A DNA stretch of 64,000 bases, taken from positions 310,001-374,000 of the forward strand of contig OZ037772.1 in NCBI GenBank assembly GCA_964035545.1. Direction: 5' to 3'. The notes beneath the pieces are model-generated. The model did not search any database. It was not told the DNA's origin and saw nothing but the letters and a program-made list of their open reading frames with translations. Both the position numbers and the translations under genes were made by a program. The DNA comes from Bugula neritina. Taxonomy: Eukaryota; Animalia; Bryozoa. Positions 1-13,742 of this stretch are shown in pieces (position 1 is the first letter of the stretch; each line of letters opens with the position of its first letter).

Positions 1-319
1 TAAGACCATGGAAAGACACCAGATCGATCTGAGAAGTAGAAAAAGACTGCGTGCTACAATGTTGTCTGCTAATAAAAATGATAACTTATTGATAATTACT
101 AAGCAAAGTAATAAATAATTGTGATAGCCGCCTTTTCAGATGCCAAAACTTTGACTTTCAGTACAATGATTAAGAAAACTCAATTATATGCAGAAGAAGG
201 TAAAAAAAAATGGGAGAATTTAAATTGAGTTCAAATGACTATATTAAAACTCAGTTTCATAAGCTATTTCCTTTGTAATTTTAAGCCTAACAGTCCTGTA
301 AGTTTATTAATAATCTGCA

Positions 320-578
320 AGGGCCACACCCACTCCCGAAAGGGCCACACCCACTCCAGAAAGGGCCACACCCACTCAAGAAAGGGCCACACCTACTCAA
401 GAAAGGGCCACACCCACTCCAGAAAGGGCCACACCCACTCCAGAAAGAGTCACACCCACTCCAGAAATGGCCACACCCACTCCGGAAAGAGCCACACCCA
501 CTCTAGAAAGGCCACACCTACTACAGAAAGGGCCACACCCACTTCAGAAAGGGCCACACCCACTTCAGAAATGGCCAC
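320..578. repeat. 21-bp minisatellite (AAGGGCCACACCCACTCCAGA)n, ~12 copies
   Basis: Direct tandem copies; explains the spurious RKGHTHS ORF at 235-609. Confidence 0.95.
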
Positions 579-865
579 ATTAGAGGGAATTCATAGTTTA
601 TCAACATAAACATAGTCTGTGGTAAATATTAGGTCTGTGCTAAACCCACTTGCTTTCTGTAAATAACACCAGACAAAATGAAGAATGACTCATACCTCAG
701 CCTTAGGTTGCCCCTGGATCTGCACAAAGTAGGCTGGTATTCTGTGCCCCCACCATAGCTGTCTGGAGATACACCAGCCCTTGGAGTTCCTCAGCCATTT
801 GTACCAAGTGACTGTGTGATAGTCTGGTATGATCTTTAGCTTGCCTGATTCTACTACCTGCAGTA

Positions 866-1075
866 TACATACTATGCTATAGATATACTATGCTATAGGT
901 ATACTATGCTATAGATATACTATGCTATAGATATACTATGCTATAGATATACTATGCTATAGACATACTATACAGTACTAATATATATACTACACAGCAC
1001 TAATATATTATATACTATACACAGTACTAATACATATACTATACAGTACTAATATATTATATACTATACATAATA
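866..1075. repeat. 16-bp (ATACTATGCTATAGAT) repeat followed by ~22-bp TATACAGTACTAAT-type tandem repeats, in a VARS intron
   Basis: Visible tandem copies filling most of the intron between exons 857-696 and 1171-1090. Confidence 0.85.
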
Positions 1076-1754
1076 TATAATACAAGTACCTCTACAGCCT
1101 TGGCTGCCATATCGTCACATGCCACATATCACTGTGGTTTGGGTATCGGCTCAATGATATCTTTAGATCGACTATAACACAAGAGAACACAGTGTAGAGG
1201 TCATTGTTAACAGACAGACTCACATAGTAACAGTTCAACTCAACAGCATTGTAAAATATAGTGGATATGTTAATGGAGCTATTCTTTAGGAGAACAAGAG
1301 AGGACAACTTCTATTACATTGAGATCTGCAGCTATGAGTCATTTTACTTAACTTAATACACAAAGCTATATACCTTTAGCTTTTAGCTATTGTTCACAGT
1401 TGAGCTGCTAATTCAACATTTTAATGTAAGAAACTATACACATTAGCAGCTAAACTGTGAAAAATAGCTAAGAACCAGATATATGGTGTGTACTAAACTA
1501 AGTAAAATGACTCACAAGTAAACATGACCAGGAAAAGTTCAGGATCTAACTGGACGTGTATGAAGAAAATGTAGAAATCTAACAAGTTGGGATAAAATTG
1601 TAGAGAGAAGACGACTCACCTACATACAGGAACTACCATAGGGTTGTCTTCCTTTCCTTTGTATAGCCCCAAGTCTTCCAACCTTCTCTGAACAGCTTTA
1701 CAGGCATCAAACCTGCACATGAAACTTACATGGAGTAAAAATTGCTAATAGACT

Positions 1755-1826
1755 CACACCTGTCACCTGCTCACACCTGTCACATGCTCACACATGTCAC
1801 CTGTACACACCTGTCACCTGTACACA
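1755..1826. repeat. Short tandem repeat (CACACCTGTCACCTG-like), ~5 copies
   Basis: Direct tandem copies. Confidence 0.8.
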
Positions 1827-2775
1827 AATGGTATTAAACCACTAAAACCTATGTAGATCAATATTTTCTTGCTATTAAGTTGAGTAATTGTGAAACAGCC
1901 AAAATAGGAAAATAAGACCTTGTAGTGCAGTGAGCAAGGCAAGTTCAAGCCATACAACTTTAACATGTTGCATTACAGAAGAAAGATCTGCTCCATTTTG
2001 GTAAATAACTATAAGTAATATTGGGAGTTACGCCACCTTTGAGTAACAACATGGAGTTGTGTTTCTTTTCATAAACGCAAAAAGGTAAAAGTTACTTGTT
2101 CCTTCGAGGTAGCATATATAATGCAAGGAAGAACCATCTCAACTTAGAAATATGTCACACAATTAGGAGTTATGCCACCTCCTTGTCAGAAACACGGAAT
2201 ACTAGATTCACACACCTTTTCATTTCCACAAACTCGCCGAAGTCTCCACATATTAACCCGTCATCGTCAATGATTGTGAGGAAGGGGAGTTTGTGTCAGA
2301 GGCCAACGTCGTAATCCTTGGGATCATGTGAGGGGGTTATCTTCACCGCCCCTATCGACAATTAGATGGGAAGTGAGAAGCTCTGAGGCTATGAATATTA
2401 CAAACAGTACTCGTTGCTATATGAATAGACTCCAATTTAGTTCTCCCTCCGTATCTCAGTAAGCTGAGGGACCTGAAACCTCAATTCATGACACAGTAGA
2501 AATCTTACCATAGTAGAATACCATATTTAACACACGGATCTGTTAATTTAAACTAATTTGTCCCAATACACATAACATAAGCCACAAAACAAAGGACCAA
2601 GCCATTCTCATGACCTGTGGTATTTCATGAGAACTAGAAACATAAGATATAGTGGAAGCACTGCCCCAAACAAAACAAATCATATGAAATGATAGTTTAG
2701 TGATGGAAATAATTAGTTAATAGTCTTTGAAAATAGTTGGGCCGGTCAACTTCTGAAATTACCTTGTAAGAAACA

Positions 2776-3102
2776 CAACAGGCTATGAATATACAGGACA
2801 ACAGGCTATGAATATACAAGACAACAGGCTATGAATATACAGGACAACAGGCTATGAATATACAAGACAACAGGCTATGAATATACAGGACAACAGGCTA
2901 TGAATATACAGGACAACAGGCTATGAATATACAGGACAACAGGCTATGAATATACAGGACAACAGGCTATGACTATACAGGACAACAGGCTATGAATATA
3001 CAGGACAACAGGCTATGAATATACAGGACAACAGGCTATGAATATACAGGACAACAAGCTATGAATATACAGGACAACAAGCTATGAATATACAAGACAA
3101 CA
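2776..3102. repeat. 23-bp minisatellite (ACAACAGGCTATGAATATACAGG)n, ~14 copies
   Basis: Near-identical tandem copies. Confidence 0.95.
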
Positions 3103-3207
3103 GAGAACTCACAAAACCAAGATGGAGGACCTTATGATTAGTGTTTTACTTTAAGGACTTTATGCAGAGTTGTTGCCCCCTGATCAGGAAACGGCGGTAG
3201 GTGGAGG

Positions 3208-3366
3208 TAGGTGCAGTAATGGAAAAATTGAGGAAAACATGTGTTCTAGATTAGAAATATAGCACAAGAAGTTATTTTCTTGAAACTTCAACCCGCACCT
3301 TAAACCAAAATGCAATAATAATATTAAAGAACTTAGGCTATCTCAAGTTCTCCACTACTGCTCCTA
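3208..3366 (+). mobile_element. ~160-bp MITE with TAGGTGCAGTAATGG-type TIRs
   Basis: The ends taggtgcagtaatggaaaaattgag and ctcaagttctccactactgctccta are imperfect inverted repeats; a second copy lies inverted at 6736-6898. Confidence 0.7.
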
Positions 3367-5547
3367 AGTGAGAAGGTGAGAATAGTTGAGAATAGGGAGT
3401 TGAGAGAATACTGGAGTTATTTCAACTGGCAGCAAGAGTCAGCCATTATTACGTTGATAAGCAACAAGGCTATTAGTGACATTGATGTCTACTAACCCAA
3501 CATAGTTTCTAATCTAGTTGTGGCCACAATGATCTCTTCGTCAGAGTCTTCTACTTTATATGCAAAGGAAAGAAGAACTCCGAACTCCACCTTCTCCTTG
3601 TAGCCCGGCACAGAGAGCATAGTCCTTCCCGTCAACTCTACTTTGTCTACCTGCAATCAGTGATACAACTCTCTCAGACTATACAGGTCAAAGGTTAAAC
3701 TGTAGTGTGTGCTTCTGAGTCAATGCGTTTGCATTCTTTTCTATTAGTTCATATAATGTATATGAATGCTCTTACGAATGAATATGTGGCTGTGGTCTCA
3801 TTGATGTATTCATTCGAAGATAGTCATAATATGTAATATATCAGGCTGTGTCTGAATACTACTATTAGGTTAGTTACCACCAACACACAAGTCTCGCAGT
3901 GAATAAACAGTTGACGTACACACAGCCGGGAGTCAGACTGATACTGTACGATATACCTCAATATCAGAGACGGCAGAGTTGAGAGTACAGGACCAGTTGA
4001 CGAGTCGGTTAGCTCTGTAGATCACATCTTTCTCGTGCATTCTGATAAACGCTTCGTTCACCGCTTTCAAAGATTTCTAATAAACAAATATATATGAGTC
4101 ATGTGTCAAGTGTGAACTGATTGGAGACCAGGTCTCATGATTAACCAATCATAGAGAGGATAACACACTGAGTCAGTAAACAGCCGACACGGCAGATAGA
4201 CTCCACTACTCAAACATAATACATGTATAGAGAGGATAACTCCTCACCTCATCCATAGTGAACGTAGTTCTGTCCCAGTCATAAGACCCGCCCACTTTCC
4301 TCAACTGATGGTAGATTCTGTCTCCTTTTCTATAGAAATTATATAAAAACACTGACCAATCGTTGTGCTGCAAAACTTAGTTATATTAGCAACTTAAATA
4401 ATGAGTCCAATGATAGAGTGTGATGAAGTAAACCTATATTTAACTTTTTGTATATTCAATTATATATATTAATTTTATCATATTATCATATATATTATAT
4501 ATTATCTTATATCAAACTGTAGCAACTGCACACCAATAAGATAAAATAAAAACTCAAACCCGAATACTAAGTCGCCATGAAATGCATTTTCAAGATAAAA
4601 TATTCCCTTACTGGTTCTTCCAGTCCCACACTCGTCTCACAAACTCATCTCGTCCCAAATCGTGTCGAGTTTTATTCTCTTCTCTAGCGAGTTTTTTCTC
4701 GACGACCACTTGAGTGGCTATTCCTGCGTGGTCACATCCGGGTACAAACAGTGTCACCTTCCCATTCATCCAGTGCCTGACAATACAGCAGAATTGACAC
4801 CTGACAACACAAGCATATCAGACACCTGTAGATATTCTGGAAAGGTGCTGAGAGAAATATCTGTGGTTGAAAAAACATCAATATGATAGATGAATGACTT
4901 ATGCCAACCGGTACTTACCACAAATTTTCTCAGCATTCAAAAAAGAATTAACAGGGGGATGTTCATAGCCTGTCTGTGGAATATCTCAAAGTGAGTTGGC
5001 AAGATGCCAAAATGTCATGTAGTCACCACCAGAGGAATGGTGTCTACTGTTACATGCTATAAGCTACATACACCACCAGTTTAGTGACTAGGTAAGTACG
5101 GAGTTGTCTCATCTATATGAATGAACATCTCACCACCGAACTATCGCATCCTCAACCGCCCCCGCGAGGGCGTGTCCTAGGTGAAGAGTCCCGGTCACAT
5201 TAGGGGGAGGGATCAGGATGATAAACTTCTCTTCAGGTGTGAGTTTCAGCACATCTCTACCTGTTACAAAGCAACCAATCACATCTCTCTCGGTTACAAA
5301 GTAAAAAGCAACCAATCACAGTACCTGTTACAACAGAGTAACAAATCACACCTCTACGTGTTAGAAGTAACCAGTCACACATTATAGACTTTACTAGGAT
5401 GAGAAGTGTACCTTTGAGATTATACTCAGGTTTGAAGAACCCTTCCTTCTCCCACCAAAAGTACCAGGCAGCTTCCACATAGGACGGAGAGTAAGAATCA
5501 GGCATGGGACACGTCGTGTCTAGAATAACAGAAAACTATAAAGTATA

Positions 5548-5760
5548 GGGGAGTAGCTGTGGTCTAGGGGTTAGAGCGTTTGTCTAGTGAACACGAAGCC
5601 ATTGTTTGACAAAGGCCATTGTGATGTTAGGAAGAGCATCCAGTCATAATTGCTCCTGTGCCACATCTAAATAAGTCCTCAGCCTGTTTTAACAAAAATG
5701 CTTTCCACCAGGAGTCTCTCACAAGGGTGGTGACTATACACTGATATCTAAATATACTAA
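5548..5760 (+). mobile_element. tRNA-derived SINE (internally deleted copy)
   Basis: tRNA-like head plus shared body GATGTTAGGAAGAGCATCCAG..AATTGCTC and tail GTGACTATACAC; homologous to 46220-46340 and 46377-46577. Confidence 0.75.
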
Positions 5761-6735
5761 GTTGAGACTTGTCTTCTACTGGTCCATACAGTTCAAATGT
5801 GATAAACACATGTATAAATACAATAATCTATTCATAGCCCATAGTCTAACCACCAACAAGGACGAATAAATAAGACGGTGGCCTGACACTACTACTACTA
5901 CAACTTATATAACTTATACACAGCAGATTGTTAGGAGTATTTAAATCTGAGGCTATCCAATGTATGAGTAGGGCAGCCCTAAATGTAGGATATTGGAATA
6001 CGATGTCTTATTACTTCAGTCTAAAGCAGTGTTTATACCTTCACGATTTTCAGTCAGAAATTCAATTTTGCCGAGTTGCATTTCATTCTAAAAGCCAATC
6101 ATCAAAATTTTTGCTTTGTACATGCTTAATCAAATAATTTTAGAGTAACAATCAAAAGGAATGATAACTCCTTTAGATATGGGGTATTCATGTTTATAAT
6201 TACATCGGCTGTCTTTTTCAATTATCACTTTTATGCTGTCAACTTAATTTATTACGTTTTCAAAGGGCATCAAATAGTGATTAAGCGAGGTATATTTGAG
6301 TATTACAGAGTGAGCTTCCTTATTAATATGATTTCAACAATTTTAAGTAAGACTGCTTACACACATAACTGTGTGTTCACTACCGAGCAGTGTACACTGA
6401 TAAATCAGTGCTTCAACTGAAACTTGTAAGTAAAGGAATGAAGAGCTCAATTGGGTATAAAATGTAGAGAATAATTGAACTGAACCTTTCTTATGGCCAA
6501 CTGGTGTGTCCACGTTATACGTTACTACAGCCTTCTCCTTTTTCTCTTTCACTTTTTTCTAGAAAAAAAATCAAATTTGAAGAAAATAAAATGGAAATTG
6601 TTAGCTACAGATACAGACAACTTCCAGGTAAAAGTACAACCATACAGTCGCAATACGAATATGTAATTCAAGTAACACTTTCATGTAGAAGTACAACCAT
6701 AAATATGAATAGAAAGTAACACAAATATATACATT

Positions 6736-6898
6736 TAGGAGCAGTAGTGTAGAAATTGAGATAGCCTAGGTTCTTTAATCTTATTATCAAATTTTGGTTT
6801 GGGGTTTGGGTTGAAATTCTTACAAAAACACAACTTCTTATGCTACATTTCTAATCTAGAACACAGGCTTTCTCAATTTCTCCATTACTGCACCTACC
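6736..6898 (-). mobile_element. Second copy of the ~160-bp MITE (inverted relative to 3208-3366)
   Basis: The reverse complement aligns along the whole length to 3208-3366. Confidence 0.7.
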
Positions 6899-8071
6899 TT
6901 AGTATATATAGAACCTGTAACTAACTAAACAGACACCTCAGTAGTCGTGGCAGACTCTGCCTTCTGTTTAGCCTGCTTAGCTTGAAACTTGGCTAGTTTA
7001 GCAGCTTTAGCAGCTTCTTTCTATAACCCTTTCTCAGATTTCACCTTGACCTCGCCAGTTGGCGCATCACCAGGGTTCACTTCCGACATGTTCGTTTATT
7101 GTGAGACTTTCCTTAAAACACAATCAGCCGGCATGGAACTAATAGATATCTCAATACTAAACATACAAACTATTGACCCAGTATAGTTATAGACAGATAT
7201 CTTAATACTAATAATATAAACTAATGGCTCAGTATTGCCTTAGTTATGCGTGGGGGTTCAGTGATAAAACTCCTATAAACCACACAGTTCAATAATGAAA
7301 GACTGTGACTTTTCACGAACAGACATCTCATCTCTGATTCTAATGAAAAATCACGAAATTTTCAGACAAACGATACTGCATTTCAACTTTGTGACTATCA
7401 CATGATAATAATCGTTGTCATTTGAAAGATTCTGCTAAAATCGAAATGCCAATGTTAATCACAAGGTCAACCATAAATGACTCAGTCTGATGGCTGACGG
7501 TTATGCTTAATGATTAATTAGTAATATGAATAGATTGCAAGTGATCAGCATGATGATGGTGATGATTGCTTTTCACCATCAAAGGTCAAACTTTGTAATT
7601 GCAGCTTGAAATGTAAAATTAAATAATATTACTTTTATTTAATTATACAAGTATAACTTACCATCATAACAACATTCAACTTTATGTAGTCATTATGAAC
7701 ATGATAACGGTTTACCTTTTACTTTAGGTGATAATTATACTATTCACGATTATCATTATGTCTACCATTATGATTATCTCAACTTTAACTTATCAATTAC
7801 GATAATTAACCATTTGTTTTTAATGATAAAAACTTAAATCATTGAATGAACATTAAAAATGATTTAATTTCACACTTTTATTATCATAACTATGAAATTA
7901 ATATTAATAGGCATATTTGATTTTTAGATTACAATAATAATTATCAAATCATGGTATAGAATTAAATATTATAGTTAATATTATTATAAATATAATTAAT
8001 ATAATTGTATTTATTGAAACTAAAATAGTAAGGTAAACTAAATGAATTATCGACATGAGTATGAGTATGAG

Positions 8072-8465
8072 TAGGCCACAACTAGAAGGTGCAGCAGCAA
8101 TTTGAGATCCCCGTTTGCAATACCTCATCAAAGATATAGAACAGGTGCAAAATAATGCAATCAGATTCATTGCTAAATTGAAAGGCAGAGACAGTATCAC
8201 TGTGGCACGTGACAAACTAAACCTAGAATCTCTCCCCGACAGACGCTTCAAGCTGAGGCACAAGTTACTGTTGCGACTTCTATCTAATGAGGGAAATCAG
8301 GCATCTCTAACCAACTCCTATGAACTGATGAACAGTAAAACCTAAAATACTAGGTTTACTAAGGCATCAAGCAGGGACGATCCCCCAACCATTTTTGCAA
8401 AATCAGCAGCCTACTACAGCAGCTTCTTTCCAAAAACAGCCCGAGAGCTTAAGTCTATGCTAAAT
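8072..8465 (+). mobile_element. Non-LTR retrotransposon (CR1/L2-group LINE), 3' fragment of ORF2
   Basis: RPQLEGAAAI*DP..IEQVQNNAIRFI..SITVARDKLNLESLPDRR..YYSSFFPKTARE matches the post-RT C-terminal pattern of these LINEs (RP.LEY...WDP, LE.VQ..A.RF, SFFP.T). Contains stops. Confidence 0.75.
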
Positions 8466-10719
8466 AATTAGTCAATACACCAGAGTTGTATATGTGCAAC
8501 ATACTGAAAATACTTGCTAGCCTGCAATCAGCAACTGTAGAGGTGTGCCTCTTGCTACATGCTCTAATGCGTGTAAGAGGTAAGAGGACTATCAATATGA
8601 CTATCAATATTAGTAGGAGTACCCAAGTACCAGTAGACATAGTAGCTGTAGAAAGTCTATCCCAATCAGTAACTGTAAGCCGTGAGGGCTGAGACTATAA
8701 CTAGGAATATAAAAAACTATAACTTGAGTATAACTAATTGAAAGGGAGTTAACATAAATTAAAAAATAATAAATATAATTACTACAAAATCAAAATGAAA
8801 TATGCATTATAAATATTTATATTTTTATTTTATAATAATTTTTAAATTTATTTATATCATTTTATTTAGGTTCATCACCTTTTATTATGATTAATGAAAT
8901 TCATAAATCATATTCATAATGATAATGATAATCACTTAAAAAATGAAAAGTGATAAACCCATAATCATAATGATAATAATTATTATTATCATTTATCGCT
9001 TATCAGTGATAATCATAATCATAATGATAATCTTGATCATAACCAATATGAATATCAATATCATGTTATACTTATTCAATAATTATAACTGATTGATTCT
9101 TATTCATAATAATAATGAATAAAAAATTATATTAACACTACAACTTACTTAATTAGAGTATTAGTATTAGTATTACTATTAGTATTACTTACAACTTGCT
9201 TATGCAAGAGAATTAAATCTTTAAAGCGTAGCATCTTTTTCAAGCAAAATAAGGATAATAACTTTCGTCAAATTGAGTTAAAAACTACAACTTATAAGTC
9301 ACAAGTATAAAGCAACTTATGCTCAGTCATCACTAATCCTAGTGGGTACGGCAAGCATATAGCATAATTTATTTCACAATGCGACAAGATTTTCTAGACG
9401 GTGCGCTTACGCCTCTCAATATCCAATTGTACGGTTCTTATGACTTTAAAACCCGTTTTTGAGAAGCAAGGCTAGATAGAAGTTAATGATCGATATTGAC
9501 TCGCTAAGAGTTTTCATGTAAACCCGCAAACTACAACTTTTAACTTGACCGCAAAGCTGGAAGTACGATAAGCGTCGCCGTATTGATTTCAGGCGGATTT
9601 TAGTTGATTTCTTTCAAACTGCTGAGAAGTAATATTTGCTTCCATTTTATGTCTGTATCAGCCATCAGGGCTATCGCGATACAATTATAAATGTTCTTAA
9701 TTCAATCAATATTATGAAATAAATAATGTAGGAAATTCAATTTTGACTATGTAGAATAATCTCAATCTGAATAAGTATTATTTATTTATTGTAACACTTG
9801 CACTTCGTCTTACTCTTACTCTTAGTCTTACTCTTACTCTTAGTCTAAGTCAGATAACATAGTACATACTCATACTGATAGTGATACTCAATCCCATACT
9901 CAATCTCATACTGAGTCTGATACTCATAGTCATAGTGATAGTTTTTGCCAGATTATTGCTAGATAATTTAAGCTAGTACTAGTACAGTAGTACTACTACT
10001 AGTAGTACTAGTACTAGTAGTACTACTACTACTAGTACTACTAATAATCACAGTACTAACTACTAATAGTAATAGTATTAGAGTAATATACTAATACTAA
10101 TAGTAATACTACCACTAGTAGTAGCAGTAGTGCTAGTAGTAGTAGGCTACATGATGATGATCATTATGATTATGATTATGAAGATGGTTATTACTATAAC
10201 TATTACGGTATGAGTATAACTATAACTGTATTACTATTAGTATTTGATTTTATTTTGCATTGCTAATTGAAGACCATGCGTTAAAATTAACTGTTTCTCT
10301 CTTTTCTAAGTTACATTTCAAGTTGCACACTAATAGACATATATGCTTTCAATTTTTTTGGTCTATCTTCAAGTTGTGAAACTTGACCAGTATGACTACG
10401 ACTAACTGTAACTAGAATAAAATATTGAATAATAGAGAAGTTCCATACCGTTACACCTCCTTTGACTTGTGCTACCGTCGGTAGTGCTAAAAGAGTAGAG
10501 CCAAAGAAAAGCATAACCACAGAATTCACAGCCTGCTGGTTTGAGATTTTTGTGGTCTAGAGATTGTACTGGGTTACAGAGATCTTTTTCCGTCTGTGAA
10601 TTTTTGATCCCTGCGGTTGTTTCTGACTGTGGGTAGTTGAAGGTGTTGAGGGAGTGGGCTCACTGGGTAGGTTATATTATTGTAATCATATTAACCAACT
10701 TGACAGTTTACTAATTCAT

Positions 10720-10920
10720 TGTCTAACTCTGTCTGTCTTAGTCTAGTAACACTATTTATTTATTTATTTACTTATTAATTTATTTATTTGACTAAATCTT
10801 GTCTGTCTTTGTCTAGTAACACTATTTATTTATTTATTTACTTATTAATTTATTTATTTGTCTAAATCTTGTCTGTTTTTGTCTAGTAACACTATTTATT
10901 TATTTTTTTACTTATTAATT
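10720..10920. repeat. ~60-bp tandem repeat, 3 copies
   Basis: Three near-identical units containing GTCTAGTAACACTATTTATTTATT. Confidence 0.9.
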
Positions 10921-10929
10921 TAATTAAAT

Positions 10930-12620
10930 TACTAGTTTATATCACCAAGTTATATCACTAGTTTATGTTACCAAATTAAATTTCTAGTTTATATTACCAA
11001 GTTATATTACTAGTTTATATTACCAAGTTATATTACCAGTTTATATCACCAAGCTATATTACTAGTTTATATTACCGTGTTATATTACTAGTTTATATTA
11101 CCAAGTTATATTACTAGTTTATATTACCAAGTCATATTACCAGTTTATGTTACCAAGTTATCTTACTAGTTTATATTACCAAGTTATACTACCAAGTTAT
11201 ATTACTAGTCTATATTACCAAGTTATATTACTAGTTTATGTTACGAAGTTATATTACTAGTTTATATTACCAAGTTATATTACCAAGTTATATTACTAGT
11301 TTATGTTACCAAGTTATATTACTAGTTTATGTTACGAAGTTATATTACTAGTTTATATTACCAAGTTATATTACCAAGTTATATTACTAGTTTATATTAC
11401 CAAGTTATATTACTAGTTTATGTTACCAAGTTATATTACTAGTTTATATTACCAAGTTATACTACCAAGTTATATTACTAGTTTATGTTACCAAGTTATA
11501 TTACTAGTCTATATTACCAAGTTATATTACTAGTTTATGTTACGAAGTTATATTACTAGTTTATATTACCAAGTTATATTACTAGTTTATATTACCAAGT
11601 TATATTACTAGTTTATGTTACCAAGTTATATTACTAGTTTATGTTACGAAGTTATATTACTAGTTTATATTACCAAGTTATATTACCAAGTTATATTACT
11701 AGTTTATGTTACCAAGTTATATTACTAGTTTTTATTACCAAGTTATATTACTAGTTTATGTTACCAAGTTATATTACTAGTTTATGTTACCAAGTTATAT
11801 TACTAGTTTATGTTACCAAGTGATATTACTAGTTTATGTTACCAAGTTATATTACTAGTTTATGTTACCAAGTTATATTACTAGTTTATGTTACCAAGTT
11901 ATATTACTAGTTTATATTACCAAGTTATATTACTAGTTTATGTTACCAAGTTATATTACTAGTTTATGTTACCAAGTTATATTACTAGTTTATGTTACCA
12001 AGTTATACTACTAGTTTATATTACCAAGTTATATTGTCAGTTTATATTACCAAGTTATATTACTAGTTTATGTTACCAAGTTATATTACTAGTTTATGTT
12101 ACCAAGTTATACTACTAGTTTATATTACCAAGTTATATTGTCAGTTTATATTACCAAGTTATATTACTAGTTTATGTTACCAAGTTATACTACTAGTTTA
12201 TGTTACCAAGTTATATTACTAGTTTATATTACCAAGTTATACTACCAAGTTATATTACTAGTTTATGTTACCAAGTTATATTACTAGTCTATATTACCAA
12301 GTTATATTACTAGTTTATGTTACCAAGTTATATTACTAGTTTATGTTACCAAGTTATACTACTAGTTTATATTACCAAGTTATATTACTAGTTTATATTA
12401 CCAAGTTATATTACTAGTTTATGTTACCAAGTTATATTACTAGTTTATATTACCAAGTTATACTACCAAGTTATATTACTAGTTTATGTTACGAAGTTAT
12501 ATTACTAGTTTACGTTACCAAATTATATTACTAGTTTATATTACCAAGTTATATTACTAGTTTATATTACCAAGTTATATTACTAGTTTATATTACCAAG
12601 TTATATTACTAGTTTATACT
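10930..12620. repeat. ~1.7-kb satellite; 26-bp unit built from two 13-bp subunits (TTATATTACTAGT / TTATRTTACCAAG)
   Basis: Continuous tandem array with occasional single 13-mer insertions. Confidence 0.97.
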
Positions 12621-13525
12621 GCTCTTCAGACCCTGAGAACTGTGCGTGAGGCTTCACCTGCGAGTGTGGTGCCTGTGTTTGGGTATGTGACCTTGACAGA
12701 GACTGTGGGAAGCTGCAGATCTGTTCGGAGAAAAGATGTTATCAGCAGGCTTCACCAGATGACAGAACTGTTGTCTAGGATCTTTATCACTCAGAACTAG
12801 TAGAATGTTCTTCAGGTTTGAATGCGAAATCTTTGTTCTAAACTCTATTGGAGTTTAAAAGTGTTGCTTTCTGTTGTACTTATATCTGTGCTGGCCAGGA
12901 TTTTTGAATGATTTTTGTTATGTATTTACGTAACAGAGTGTAAACTTAAAGCTGAATTTGCTTTATTTTCCACATATTTTGGTTTGCGATTTTTCAGTAG
13001 AAACGAGGCATCACACTTGGTGTGATTATCAGCATTTTTTGCAGGTGCTTCTATCCGTGTACTGACAACACAGCCTGTCCTAGTGATGGACAAATCTGTC
13101 ACCATGGTGTCTGTAAAGAGGGCTGTCAGGTGACTAGTCGCTATGACCTACACTGCGAGTTATTGATGACTTTCATACTATGAGTTATGACTACCTACTA
13201 TAATTTATACTGCGAGTCCAAGTAGCTGCTGTAACTTATGCTGTGAGTCATGACTAACTGATATCACTTATACTGTGAGTCAATTATCAAAAATAGAGAT
13301 ATGTTGTGTATGTGAGATATGTGAGGTTATTTAGTGACTAGTTCGCTATTTATAGAGTTTTGTTTCTATTAATAGACTGTACTGAAGATGAACAATGTGG
13401 ATCTGAGTTTACTGAATGCATATCCAACATATGCTATCAGCTTTATCCTCTCAACAATCCAGATCTTTCTGATGCTGAGCAGGACAAACTCTTTGATGAT
13501 CGGCTAGATCTACAGAATGATGGTA

Positions 13526-13742
13526 AGTTACTCTGTTAGTACAGTTACTCTGTTAGTACAGTTACTCTGTTAGTACAGTTACTCTGTTAGTATAGTTACT
13601 CTGTTAGTATAGTTACTTTGTTAGTACAGTTACTCTGTTAGTATAGTTGCTCTGTTAGTATAGTTACTCTGTTAGTACAGTTACTCTGTTAGTACAGTTA
13701 CTCTGTTAGTATAGTTACTCTGTTAGTATAGTTACTCTGTAA
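13526..13742. repeat. 17-bp minisatellite (AGTTACTCTGTTAGTAY)n
   Basis: About 13 copies beginning at the splice donor. Confidence 0.95.

Larger units (their letters stand above)
696..7089 (-). pseudogene. VARS1: Valyl-tRNA synthetase, unprocessed pseudogene (5' ~half of the gene; any further exons would lie beyond the window start)
   Basis: Hand-spliced GT-AG exons: 7089-6937, 6558-6486, 5519-5412, 5260-5134 ([17 protein letters not shown] motif), 4776-4612 ([11 protein letters not shown]), 4329-4248, 4076-3957 (RLVNWS), 3650-3497 ([10 protein letters not shown]), 2351-2216 (AVKITP), 1712-1620, 1171-1090, 857-696 ([14 protein letters not shown]). In-frame stops at 7021-7023 (TAG), 2296-2298 (TGA) and 1129-1131 (TGA). 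The exon encoding DTAVAVHP...EFGTG was not found. Confidence 0.93.

Noticed and set aside
235-609. 124-aa His/Arg/Lys repeat ORF
   Set aside because: Translation of a 21-bp minisatellite, antisense to the VARS pseudogene; no coding context.
2776-3102. CRISPR-like array (also considered for the other regular arrays)
   Set aside because: No unique spacers; these are head-to-tail minisatellites in eukaryotic DNA with no cas genes.
1129-7023. Stop-codon reassignment, selenocysteine or RNA editing as an explanation for the VARS stops
   Set aside because: The stops replace K, R and W and co-occur with exon loss and frameshifts in neighbouring genes.
9610-9680. Possible collagen signal-peptide exon (VIFASILCLYQPSGLS)
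   Set aside because: No in-frame ATG or donor site; cannot be supported.
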